Source: Vicinamibacterales bacterium
Lineage (GTDB): Bacteria; Acidobacteriota; Vicinamibacteria; Vicinamibacterales; UBA8438
Reading direction: 5' to 3'
Assembly (NCBI GenBank): GCA_964291605.2
Contig: OZ219745.1
Coordinates: 1,250,664-1,314,663 of the forward strand
DNA length: 64,000 bases
Made by a program: the position numbers and the translations under genes. The notes under the pieces were generated by a model. The model saw nothing but the letters and a program-made list of their open reading frames with translations, made no database searches and had not been told where the DNA came from. This document shows, piece after piece, positions 44,236 through 52,586 of the stretch (positions within the stretch are counted from its first letter, which is position 1; each line of letters starts with the position of its first letter).

Positions 44236-44299
44236 TGCGCCGCGGTGTTCCGGAGACGTCAGCCGCAGGCCTCGGCTGGGGCTCTGCCGGCCTTTCGCA

Positions 44300-45319
44300 T
44301 CAATCCGGCAAGCCGACGCGGCGCCGGAAGTCCTGCTCGTCCACGCACGCGAGCGCCGCGGCCATCAGCACGTCGCGCGGCACGGCGGCAAGCACGGCCG
44401 ATGCGTCCGTAAACTGGTCCGACACCGGAATGCCGCGCACCTGGAGCGTGCTGCGCACGATTGCGGCCAGCTCCTCGGCGCGCCCCGCGGCCTGCCCCTC
44501 GGCGCGTCCGGCAGCGCGCGCCTGCTCGCCGAGCGACCGCAGCAGCGGCGTATCGGCGGGGCCGGTGCCCTCCCGCGCGCCCAGCATTCGTCCGATCCGC
44601 TCCAGCGCGCGCCACGTGTATGCGGTTGTCGCCGGTTCGGTCAGGGCCGTGTGGATCTCCGCCGCCGTCCAGCCGGGGAAGGCGCGGCTCGCCGTCGCGG
44701 ACCGATACCGCCCGCTCTCCAGCCGGTGGATGGTCACGCCCGCCGGGCGTCGGCGACGCGCCCCCGCCGGCGGCACGACGACCCACAGCTCAGGAAATCC
44801 CCACGATTCGTAGAGCGGCAGCTTGCCGGGGCGGACGTCCGTCGTGTGATCCACCTCCAGCACCACGTCCGGCAGGTCGTGCTCGCCGATGACCAGCGAT
44901 CCCTGCGGCAGCCGCGCCCGGCCGGGGTGCAGGTACAGGGTCTCGTCCGCCTGCATCATCCGCTCGGGGGCGCCGCGGGCATCCCGCACGAGCAGGTCGA
45001 CGGATCCGAACGAGGCGATCGGCGTGCCCCGCACCAGGGCGATCCGCTCCGCCAGGTGAATCAGCCGCCGCGACGTGCCCTCGTGGATGCCGCCGGTCGG
45101 CTCCGCCATTACCCACGCCGTCTCGGTCCGGGCGTCCCAGTACTCGAGGCGGCCCTCGAAGTCGGTGAGCCGATCCGTCAGCAGACGTACGGGGCGGCAA
45201 CCGGGGAAACGGGACGCGTATTCCGTGGTCTGCGTGTCCCTTGGCGTCGTGTCCGCCGTCCGCCCGGCGATGTCCGTCGCCGTCCCGGCGTCGTGGGCCA
45301 TCCACCCCTGATCGGCCAT
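44300..45319 (-). CDS. Uma2-like PD-(D/E)xK nuclease fused to a DUF4351-like helical C-terminal domain
   Basis: LEYWDARTETAWVMAEP..PDVVLEVDHTTDVRPGKLPLYESWGFPELWVVVP. The C-terminal GRAEGQAAGRAEELAAIVRSTLQVRGIPV is of the type seen in Rpn/Uma2 tails. Confidence 0.6.
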   Translation of the reverse strand: MADQGWMAHDAGTATDIAGRTADTTPRDTQTTEYASRFPGCRPVRLLTDRLTDFEGRLEYWDARTETAWVMAEPTGGIHEGTSRRLIHLAERIALVRGTPIASFGSVDLLVRDARGAPERMMQADETLYLHPGRARLPQGSLVIGEHDLPDVVLEVDHTTDVRPGKLPLYESWGFPELWVVVPPAGARRRRPAGVTIHRLESGRYRSATASRAFPGWTAAEIHTALTEPATTAYTWRALERIGRMLGAREGTGPADTPLLRSLGEQARAAGRAEGQAAGRAEELAAIVRSTLQVRGIPVSDQFTDASAVLAAVPRDVLMAAALACVDEQDFRRRVGLPD

Positions 45320-45419
45320 CTCGGCATCATACCGCGTCCCGTGGAGAGGCCCGTTTTCGCCCGGTCAATGCGTTCCATGCCAGAATGGAAGGTTCGATAG
45401 ACGAAGGGAGCAGTCGACC

Positions 45420-46616
45420 ATGCCGGTGCGGCAGGTGCTCGACCGGGGCGGAGTGCCGGTCAAGATCTTCACCGACGACGTCGACCAGGCGTCGATCCAG
45501 CAGCTCGCCGCGGTCTCGCGGCTGCCGATCGTGGTCGGCCACGTGGCGGCGATGCCCGACGTGCATGTCGGCATCGGGGCGACCGTCGGATCGGTCATTC
45601 CGACCCGCCGGGCGCTGATTCCGGCCGCGGTCGGCGTCGACATCGGCTGCGGGATGAGCGCCGCGCGGCTCACGCTCGATGCGTCGAGACTCCCCGACTC
45701 GCTGCGCCCGATCCGCGAGGCGATCGAGGACGCGGTCCCGGTCGGCTTCGCCGCCCACGCGGCGCCGGTCGCAGACGCCGGAGTGCTCGACACGCTGCGG
45801 CCGGGCCTGGAGCGGATCCTGGAACGCCATGGGCGGATCGAGAAGATGGTCCGGGACGTTCATGCCAAGTGGCCGCGCCAGCTCGGCACGCTCGGCGGCG
45901 GCAATCACTTCATCGAGGTGTGCCTGGACGAGGCGGACCGCGTCTGGGTGATGCTCCACTCCGGGAGCCGCGGCGTGGGCAACGTGCTCGGCCGCTACTT
46001 CACGCAACTGGCGAAGCGCGACATGGAACGGCACCTCGCCCGCCTGCCCGCGAAGGACCTCGCCTACCTGGAGGAGGGGTCGGAGCACTTCGCCGACTAC
46101 GCGGACGCGTTGACCTGGGCGCAGCGCTACGCGCTCGAGAACCGGCGCCTGATGATGGCCCGCATCCTGGCCGCACTCCGTGCCCTGCTGCCGCCGTTTC
46201 GGGTGGACGGGACGGCGGTGGAGTGCCACCACAACTACGTGGCGGAGGAGGAGCACTTCGGCGAGGCGGTCTACGTGACCCGCAAGGGCGCGATCCGGGC
46301 GGGGCGGGGCGATCTGGGCATCATTCCCGGAAGCATGGGGGCGCGGTCGTACATCGTGCGCGGACGCGGGTCGGAGGAATCGCTGCAGTCCTGCGCCCAC
46401 GGCGCGGGGCGGCGGATGAGCCGCTCGCAGGCGAAGGCATCCTATACGGCGGCGGACCTGGAACGGCAGACGGCCGGCGTCGAGTGCCGCAAGGACGCCG
46501 GCGTCCTCGACGAGATCCCTGGCGCCTACAAGGACATCGACACGGTGATGGCCAATTCCTCGGATCTCGTCGACATCGTCCACACCCTCAGGCAGGTCGT
46601 CTGCGTGAAGGGGTGA
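45420..46616 (+). CDS. rtcB: RNA-splicing ligase RtcB
   Basis: AMPDVHVGIGATVGSV, GGGNHFIE, HSGSRGVGN, CHHNY, SCAHGAGR, KDIDTVM, a full RtcB motif set. Confidence 0.92.
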   Translation: MPVRQVLDRGGVPVKIFTDDVDQASIQQLAAVSRLPIVVGHVAAMPDVHVGIGATVGSVIPTRRALIPAAVGVDIGCGMSAARLTLDASRLPDSLRPIREAIEDAVPVGFAAHAAPVADAGVLDTLRPGLERILERHGRIEKMVRDVHAKWPRQLGTLGGGNHFIEVCLDEADRVWVMLHSGSRGVGNVLGRYFTQLAKRDMERHLARLPAKDLAYLEEGSEHFADYADALTWAQRYALENRRLMMARILAALRALLPPFRVDGTAVECHHNYVAEEEHFGEAVYVTRKGAIRAGRGDLGIIPGSMGARSYIVRGRGSEESLQSCAHGAGRRMSRSQAKASYTAADLERQTAGVECRKDAGVLDEIPGAYKDIDTVMANSSDLVDIVHTLRQVVCVKG

Positions 46617-46736
46617 CGGTTCGCGTCCCGGTTGCGGTTCGAGCATCGGCCGTTCGCTACGAGGAGACCCCGCTTCGGTTTCATCCCTCAGAGTGCCCGC
46701 AACCGGCGGGATGGCGAACTTGACAGCAGCGCGCGT

Positions 46737-46756
46737 TATTTTGAATAATCAAAATA
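46737..46756. promoter_or_regulatory. AT-rich near-palindrome TATTTTGAATAATCAAAATA, candidate metalloregulator operator or promoter
   Basis: 8-bp arms TATTTTGA/TCAAAATA separated by 4 nt. It lies inside a ~70-nt AT-rich island immediately upstream of the porin gene. The operon ends with a DtxR-family repressor. Confidence 0.4.
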
Positions 46757-46798
46757 CAAAGCATGCACAATACAAAACCAAGATTTCTCAGTTGCAAA

Positions 46799-47917
46799 AT
46801 GGCGTCGGCGCTGCTGCTGGCCGGCTGGGCGGCAACCGCGTCCGCCCAGCAGCCCGCGCCGGCCGGCGGCGCCGCGACGTCCCGGACCGGCCCGATCTCG
46901 GGGTACATGGACTTCCATGTCAACGACGCGCAGCACGCCGACCCGGTGCTCGACTTCCACCGTTTCGTGCTGCTGTTCACCCACAGCTTCTCGGAGCGCG
47001 TCCGCTTCGTGTCGGAGCTGGAGCTCGAGCATGCGGTCGTGTCGCCCGAGACCGGCGGGGAGCTGGAGTTGGAGCAGGCCTACGTCGACTTCCTCATCAG
47101 CCGTCCCTTCAACCTGCGGGCCGGGATGGTGCTGGCGCCGGTGGGCGTCATCAACGAGCGGCACGAGCCGCCGGTGTTCCACGGCGTCGAGCGGCCGTTC
47201 GTCGAGACCGTCATCATCCCGACCACCTGGTTCGGGGCCGGGGCGGGTGTGCACGGCGAGCTGCGAGGCGGATTCCGCTACCGGGCGTACGCGATGGAAA
47301 CGCTCGACGCGTCGCGGTTCGGCGCCGAGGAGGGGTTGCGCGACGGGAGGCAGAAGGGCGCCGAGGCCAACGGCAGCCACGTCGCGGGAACGGGCCGGGT
47401 GGAGTACGTGGGAACGCAGGGTCTGGTCCTCGGCGCCAGCGTCTGGAGCGGCGACACCGGTTTCGCGTTCCCCCGCGTGGATTCGAGTGTCACTCTGGTC
47501 GAGGCTGACGGCCGCTACCGCGCGGGCGAGCTCACGCTGCGGGGACTCTATGCCCACGTCAGCCTGGACGGCATGGGGGCGCTGAACCGCGCCGTGCAGC
47601 GGCTGAGCGGGGTCGGTCCGAACATCGCCGAGCAGATGCGGGGGTTCTATCTCGAAGGTTCTTACTTCGTCGTGCCGCGGCCGGCGCCGCGCGAGGTGGC
47701 CCTGTTCCTGCGTTACGAGAACTTCGACACGCAGTACCGCATGCCGGCGGGGTTCGCGGCGCTGCCCGCGTTCGACCGCGACGCGTGGATCGTCGGCGCC
47801 ACCTGGTTTCCCGATCCGGACGTCGCCGTCAAGGTCGACTACACCGTGCTGCGCAACCGCAGCGCCGTCATCGAGGCGCCGAACTCCGTGAACGTCGGCC
47901 TGGGGTGGTGGTTCTGA
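46799..47917 (+). CDS. outer-membrane beta-barrel porin-like protein
   Basis: Signal MASALLLAGWAATASAQQ. Alternating beta-strand pattern. C-terminal ..NVGLGWWF. An upstream ATG at 46763 is possible, but it is AT-rich and atypical for this genome. Confidence 0.7.
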   Translation: MASALLLAGWAATASAQQPAPAGGAATSRTGPISGYMDFHVNDAQHADPVLDFHRFVLLFTHSFSERVRFVSELELEHAVVSPETGGELELEQAYVDFLISRPFNLRAGMVLAPVGVINERHEPPVFHGVERPFVETVIIPTTWFGAGAGVHGELRGGFRYRAYAMETLDASRFGAEEGLRDGRQKGAEANGSHVAGTGRVEYVGTQGLVLGASVWSGDTGFAFPRVDSSVTLVEADGRYRAGELTLRGLYAHVSLDGMGALNRAVQRLSGVGPNIAEQMRGFYLEGSYFVVPRPAPREVALFLRYENFDTQYRMPAGFAALPAFDRDAWIVGATWFPDPDVAVKVDYTVLRNRSAVIEAPNSVNVGLGWWF

Positions 47918-48318
47918 TGCCGGGCCGCCGCCTGGTCGGTCTGCTCGCGGCCGGCGTGGTCCTGCTCGGTGCCGACGCCGGGGCGGACGGCGAGCGCCGC
48001 GTCGTCCGTATCCTGGCCGAGCGGTTCAGCTTCACGCCGTCCGAGATCCGCGTGCCCCGCGGAGTGGTGCTGGAGCTGCGCATCCGCAGCGACGACACCA
48101 TGCACGGGTTCCGGATCGTGGGCCGCAACGTGAACCTGCTGGTGCCGAAGCGGCGGCAGGGCGAGGCGGTGGTCGTATTCGAGGCGGCCGAGAACGGACG
48201 GTACGAGTTCGAGTGCTCGCGGCTGTGCGGCGCCGGGCACAACTTCATGCGGGGTGCGATCGTCGTCGAGGAGCCTGCAAACCGGGCACGAGGCCGCCGG
48301 CCGGGCGGAGCCCGATGA
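47917..48318 (+). CDS. periplasmic cupredoxin with a CuA-type ligand set
   Basis: Signal MPGRRLVGLLAAGVVLLGADA. DDTMHGF, then 36 residues, then CSRLCGAGHNFM, which fits H..C-x3-C-x3-H-x2-M as in COX2/NosZ CuA sites. Its ATG shares one nt with the porin stop (TGATG). Confidence 0.7.
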   Translation: MPGRRLVGLLAAGVVLLGADAGADGERRVVRILAERFSFTPSEIRVPRGVVLELRIRSDDTMHGFRIVGRNVNLLVPKRRQGEAVVVFEAAENGRYEFECSRLCGAGHNFMRGAIVVEEPANRARGRRPGGAR

Positions 48319-49562
48319 CCCGCCGGGCAGCCGAGCCACGCAGGACGACACGGGCGATGGGTCGGGTGCAGGTCCTGGCCTCCGTGACCCTGGCGCTGGC
48401 GCTGGCGGTCCTGGGGCTGGCGAGCCCGGCGGAGGCGCAGCTCCCGGAGCACCAGCCGGTGCTGCCGGGCGATCCGCTGCCCGGGCTGACGCCGGTCGAG
48501 CTCGAGGAATTCATGCTCGGGCTAGAAGACTTCCTGGAGGTGGAGGACGCCGAGGAGGGGCTCGGGCCGGCGTACAACAACACGAGCTGCGCGGGCTGCC
48601 ACAACGTGCCGGCCATCGGCGGGATCGCACCGATGACGACCACCCGCGCCGGCATCCGCGAGCCGGACGGGACATACCGGGACATCGAACCGGGCCGCGG
48701 CTCGCTGTTCCAGATCTTCTCCATCCCGACGCACGCCTGCCAGTCGGTCATTCCGCCCGAGGCGAACATCATCGCCAAGCGGGTTCCGATTCCGCTGTTC
48801 GGGGCCGGCCTGATCGAGGCGATCCCGGAAGCGGCGATCGAGGCGCTCGCCGACCCCGACGATTTCGATCGGGACGGCGTCAGCGGGCGCGCCCCGCTGG
48901 TAATCGACCTGGCGACAGGAGAGTCGCGGGTAGGGCGTTTCGGGTGGAAGTCGCAGCGCGCCACGCTGCTCGACTTCGGCGCCGACGCCTATCGGAACGA
49001 GATGGGGATCACCAACGATCTGTTCCCGGGTGAGCTGACGTTTCGCTTGTCCGAGTGGCAGCTCGCGCTCTGTGATGAAACGCCGGACCCGGAGGACGTG
49101 GTCGAGCCGTCCACCGGCCGGCGCGGCATCGACAACTTCGAGTCATTCATGCAACTGCTGGCGCCCCCGCTCCGCGGGCCGATCACGCCGCGGGTCGCCG
49201 CCGGACGGCAGGTCTTCGAGACCATCGGCTGCGCGGCGTGCCACGTGCCGGAACTGGTGACGGAACGCAGCAGCAACCCGCTGTTCGACCGGCGGCCCGT
49301 ACCGCTGTTTTCCGACCTCCTGCTGCACGATGTCGGCACCGGTGACGGCATCCGGCAGGCCGACGCCGAGCCGGGCGAGATGAGGACGCCGCCGCTGTGG
49401 GGCCTGCGGTTTCGGCGCCCGCTGTTGCACGACGGCAGTGCGGCGACGGCCGTCGACGCGGTCCGCCGGCACGCGAACGAGGCGGCGTTGGCGCGGGAGG
49501 GCTTCGAGCGGCTCGCGCCGGCCGACCGCGAGGCCCTGATTGCCTTTCTCGACTCGCTGTAG
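48315..49562 (+). CDS. di-haem c-type cytochrome, DUF1111 (thiol-oxidoreductase-like) family
   Basis: Two CxxCH motifs: CAGCHNVPAIGG and CAACHVPEL. RFGWKSQ and PPLWGL are typical of DUF1111. ATG overlaps the upstream stop as ATGA. Confidence 0.8.
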   Translation: MTRRAAEPRRTTRAMGRVQVLASVTLALALAVLGLASPAEAQLPEHQPVLPGDPLPGLTPVELEEFMLGLEDFLEVEDAEEGLGPAYNNTSCAGCHNVPAIGGIAPMTTTRAGIREPDGTYRDIEPGRGSLFQIFSIPTHACQSVIPPEANIIAKRVPIPLFGAGLIEAIPEAAIEALADPDDFDRDGVSGRAPLVIDLATGESRVGRFGWKSQRATLLDFGADAYRNEMGITNDLFPGELTFRLSEWQLALCDETPDPEDVVEPSTGRRGIDNFESFMQLLAPPLRGPITPRVAAGRQVFETIGCAACHVPELVTERSSNPLFDRRPVPLFSDLLLHDVGTGDGIRQADAEPGEMRTPPLWGLRFRRPLLHDGSAATAVDAVRRHANEAALAREGFERLAPADREALIAFLDSL

Positions 49563-49617
49563 GGGGCGCGGATTCCCGCGGCCGGCGAGCCGCCGCCGTG
49601 GTACGCTTCTGCCGTCG

Positions 49618-50292
49618 ATGCCGCCGTCCAGCACGGTCGAGAACTACCTCAAGGCCATCTATCAGGCCGAAATGGCGCATGGCGACGAGGGGGCCCTCGT
49701 TCCCATGGGACAGCTCGCGAGCGCGCTGCACGTCGTGCCGGGAACCGCGACCACCATGGTCAAGGCGCTGGCCGATTCCGGGCTGGTGCGCTACGAGCCG
49801 TACGCCGGCGTGCGGCTGACGCCGGCGGGCCGGAAGCTGGCCGCGCTGGTGTTGCGCCGCCACCGCTTGATCGAGCTGTTTCTGGTGAAGGTGCTCGACA
49901 TGAGCTGGGCCGAGGTGCACGACGAGGCGGAGCGGCTGGAGCATGCGGCCTCCGATCGGCTCATCGAGCGGATCGACGCCATGTTGGGGAGGCCGGCCGT
50001 CGATCCCCACGGGGATCCGATTCCCGACCCGGACGGCGCCATCGCAAGGCCGCGTTACGAGAGTCTGCTGACCTGTCCGCTGGACACGCCGGTCGTCCTG
50101 TCGCGGGTCACCGATCAGGACGCGGCGTTCCTGCGGTTCCTGGAGAGCCACGACCTGACGCCGGGCCAATCGCTCCGGGTCGAAGTGCGTGACGAGACAG
50201 CGGACCACGTGCAGGTATGCGTCGCGTCCGACCGGGCCGTCATGATCGGGATGCGCGCGGCGGCGAAGCTGCTGGTCGCACCGGGCGGTTGA
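49618..50292 (+). CDS. DtxR/IdeR/MntR-family metal-dependent repressor with a FeoA/SH3-like C-terminal domain
   Basis: VENYLKAIYQ, winged HTH VVPGTATTMVKALADSGLV, metal-site region RRHRLIELFL..EVHDEAERLEH..HGDPIP. Confidence 0.85.
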   Translation: MPPSSTVENYLKAIYQAEMAHGDEGALVPMGQLASALHVVPGTATTMVKALADSGLVRYEPYAGVRLTPAGRKLAALVLRRHRLIELFLVKVLDMSWAEVHDEAERLEHAASDRLIERIDAMLGRPAVDPHGDPIPDPDGAIARPRYESLLTCPLDTPVVLSRVTDQDAAFLRFLESHDLTPGQSLRVEVRDETADHVQVCVASDRAVMIGMRAAAKLLVAPGG

Positions 50293-50306
50293 ACCCAGGC
50301 GGAGCG

Positions 50307-50735
50307 ATGGACATAGATCGCGAACGGTGGTCGGGCGAGGGAGACTTCACCGAGCAGTTGCTCGCGTGGCTCGCCGAGCACGGCGATATCGTGTTCCTCC
50401 GGGTCGAGGACGCCGACGCGGCCCGGGCGGAGGTCGACTACAACTTCATCAGCAACGAGATCTACGTCCGCTTCCGCACCCGCGAACGGCAGGAGCGCCG
50501 CCGCATGTTGGGGGTAATCCCCATTCGGCGCACCGTTCCGGAGCAGGTGATGACGATGGAAGGACTGGGGTCCGCCCTGGCCGCGGAGCCGGATCTGGGC
50601 GAGCCGGACTACGCCGACGAGGGCATGATCCAGTACCTGCACACCCAGCGCGTGATTCCCCCCTACCAGACCCGCGGCTACAAGCTGATCGAGCTGGTGC
50701 GGATATACGATGCGGGCGCTGCGCCACGGAGCTGA
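50307..50735 (+). CDS. hypothetical protein (142 aa)
   Basis: ORF with an ATG 15 nt after the DtxR stop and GC-rich third positions. No motif recognised. Confidence 0.5.
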   Translation: MDIDRERWSGEGDFTEQLLAWLAEHGDIVFLRVEDADAARAEVDYNFISNEIYVRFRTRERQERRRMLGVIPIRRTVPEQVMTMEGLGSALAAEPDLGEPDYADEGMIQYLHTQRVIPPYQTRGYKLIELVRIYDAGAAPRS

Positions 50736-50743
50736 CCGGCAAG

Positions 50744-51172
50744 ATGGACACCGGTGAAGTTCGCCGCCGCGTGCGGCGCACCATCGACGACGCCCGGGCC
50801 AGGGCTCGGTCGAGACGCCACGATGTGGCTGCGGCCGAGGAGGAAGGGCGCAGGATCCTCCGCGAGGTGGCGGCGCCGCTCTTCCGGACCGTGGCCTCCG
50901 CGCTCAAGGCGGAGGGCTACCGCTTCACGGTCGAGACGCCGGCAGGCGCGGTACGGCTGGCGGCAGTGGGCGCGGGCGAGAACGCCATCGAGCTGGCGCT
51001 CGACACCAGCCGGGATCCCCCGGCGCTGGTGGGGCGGATGGCGCATGTGCGGGGCCGGCGTGTGCTGAGCGACGAGCGCATCGTCGCCGAGCACCCCGCG
51101 CTCGGCGATCTCGCCGCCGAGAACCTGCTGGAATTCGTATCGTCGGCGCTGGCTCCGATGGTGGAACGTTAG
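50744..51172 (+). CDS. hypothetical protein (142 aa)
   Basis: ORF with an ATG 9 nt after the previous stop. Helical, Arg-rich N-terminus. No motif recognised. Confidence 0.5.
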   Translation: MDTGEVRRRVRRTIDDARARARSRRHDVAAAEEEGRRILREVAAPLFRTVASALKAEGYRFTVETPAGAVRLAAVGAGENAIELALDTSRDPPALVGRMAHVRGRRVLSDERIVAEHPALGDLAAENLLEFVSSALAPMVER

Positions 51173-51174
51173 AA

Positions 51175-52389
51175 TCAGACCGCGCCGTCGCTCCGCAGGC
51201 GCTCGGCATCCGCGTCCGAGTACCCGAGCTCGCCGAGAATCGCGCCCGTGTGCTCTCCCAGAACCGGGGGCGGCGTGCGCACCGCGCCCGGCGTTTCGCC
51301 GAGCTTGACCGGGACCCCGAGCTGCCGAATGGCGCCGGCCACGGGATGCTCGAGGGCGATGACCATCGCCCGCTCGACGATCTGCGGGTCGGTCAGCACC
51401 TGCTCGAAATCGCGGACGCCGCCGCACGGCACCCCGGCCGCCTTCAGGTCTGCCAGCCATTCCGCGGCCGGCCGGGTGCGCAGCCGCTCGACGAGCAGCG
51501 GCCGCAGCGCCTCGCGGGCCCCGACCCGGTCCTTGTTCGTCCGGAAGCGGGGGTCGTCGGCCAGCCCCTGCAGACCGAGCACGCCGCAGAACGTCCGCCA
51601 GAGCTGATCGTTGCCGGCTGCGACGACGAGGTCGCCGTCGGCCGCCTCCAGCGTCTCGTACGGCGTGATCGTCGGATGCAGGTTGCCGAGACGTCCCGGG
51701 GGCTTCCCGGTGGCGAAGTAGATGCCCGCCTGGTACGTGAGCAACGCGGCCACCGAGTCCAGCATGCCCACGTCGATGAATTGGCCCCGGCCGGTGCGGT
51801 GCCGGGCGAGCAGGGCGACAGCGACCCCATAGGCCGCGAACATTCCCGACGCGATGTCGGCGATGGCCACACCCAACCGGTAGCCGGGGCCGTCCGGCGC
51901 GCCGGTGATGCTCATCAGGCCGCCCTCGCCTTGCATCACCGCGTCGTAGCCCGGCTCGCGCCGCCGGGGGCCGGTCTGACCGAATCCGGATATCGAGCAG
52001 TAGACGAGGTCGGGTCGCCGTCTCGACAGATCCGCGTACCCCAGTCCCATCCGATCCAGCGTACCGGGCCGGAAGTTCTCCACCAGCACGTCGGTGTGCT
52101 CGATCAGCTTGTCGAGCACCCGGCGGCCCTCCGGATGCTTCAAGTTGAGAGTGAGACTCTCCTTGTTGCGGTTGATGCTCATGAAGTAGGCGCTCTCGCC
52201 GTCCTGGAACGGCGGGCCCCAGCCGCGGGTGTCGTCGCCCTTGCCCGGCTGCTCCACCTTGATGACGCGGGCGCCCATGTCGGCGAGCATCATCGTGCAG
52301 TAGGGGCCGGAGAGCACGCGGGTCAGGTCGAGTACGGTCAGGCCGTCGAGGGCGCCGGGCGTAACGGTCGTCGTCTCTGGATCGGTCAT
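51175..52389 (-). CDS. family III CoA-transferase (CaiB/BaiF/Frc type)
   Basis: LDGLTVLDLTRVLSGPYCTMMLADMGARVIKVE, GDDTRGWGPP and the catalytic Asp context YDAVMQGEGG. ATG at 52389 is preferred over the longer ORF start at 52431. Confidence 0.85.
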   Translation of the reverse strand: MTDPETTTVTPGALDGLTVLDLTRVLSGPYCTMMLADMGARVIKVEQPGKGDDTRGWGPPFQDGESAYFMSINRNKESLTLNLKHPEGRRVLDKLIEHTDVLVENFRPGTLDRMGLGYADLSRRRPDLVYCSISGFGQTGPRRREPGYDAVMQGEGGLMSITGAPDGPGYRLGVAIADIASGMFAAYGVAVALLARHRTGRGQFIDVGMLDSVAALLTYQAGIYFATGKPPGRLGNLHPTITPYETLEAADGDLVVAAGNDQLWRTFCGVLGLQGLADDPRFRTNKDRVGAREALRPLLVERLRTRPAAEWLADLKAAGVPCGGVRDFEQVLTDPQIVERAMVIALEHPVAGAIRQLGVPVKLGETPGAVRTPPPVLGEHTGAILGELGYSDADAERLRSDGAV

Positions 52390-52586
52390 CGTCGGGTTCC
52401 CGGATGGAGCGGCCGCGCGGTGCACGGGCACCTCTCGCGCGGCGGGGGCGGGCGGTTGCGGTTCGTCTCAGCGCGCCTGATTCTACTCGCTGACGTCCCG
52501 TGGCGAAACGCCGCGCGGCCTTGTCCCAGGCATGCCGGCACTCCGCGGTGAAACCCCGCGGGCATCTTGCCCCGTGCTGCCGGGGA

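Noticed and set aside
42477-44813. A 778-aa ORF as a single intact gene.
   Set aside because: Only its first ~100 codons show AlbA_2 homology. After about 42790 the homologous sequence continues in the +1 frame (ORF 42841..44235), and the rest of the 778-aa frame is low-complexity Arg/Gly/Ala.
45420-46616. RtcB as a repair partner for damage caused by the adjacent VapC toxins.
   Set aside because: PIN-domain nucleases are metal-dependent. As far as I know, they leave 3'-OH/5'-phosphate ends, which are not RtcB substrates (2',3'-cyclic-P or 3'-P plus 5'-OH). The adjacency is better explained by the islet having inserted next to rtcB.
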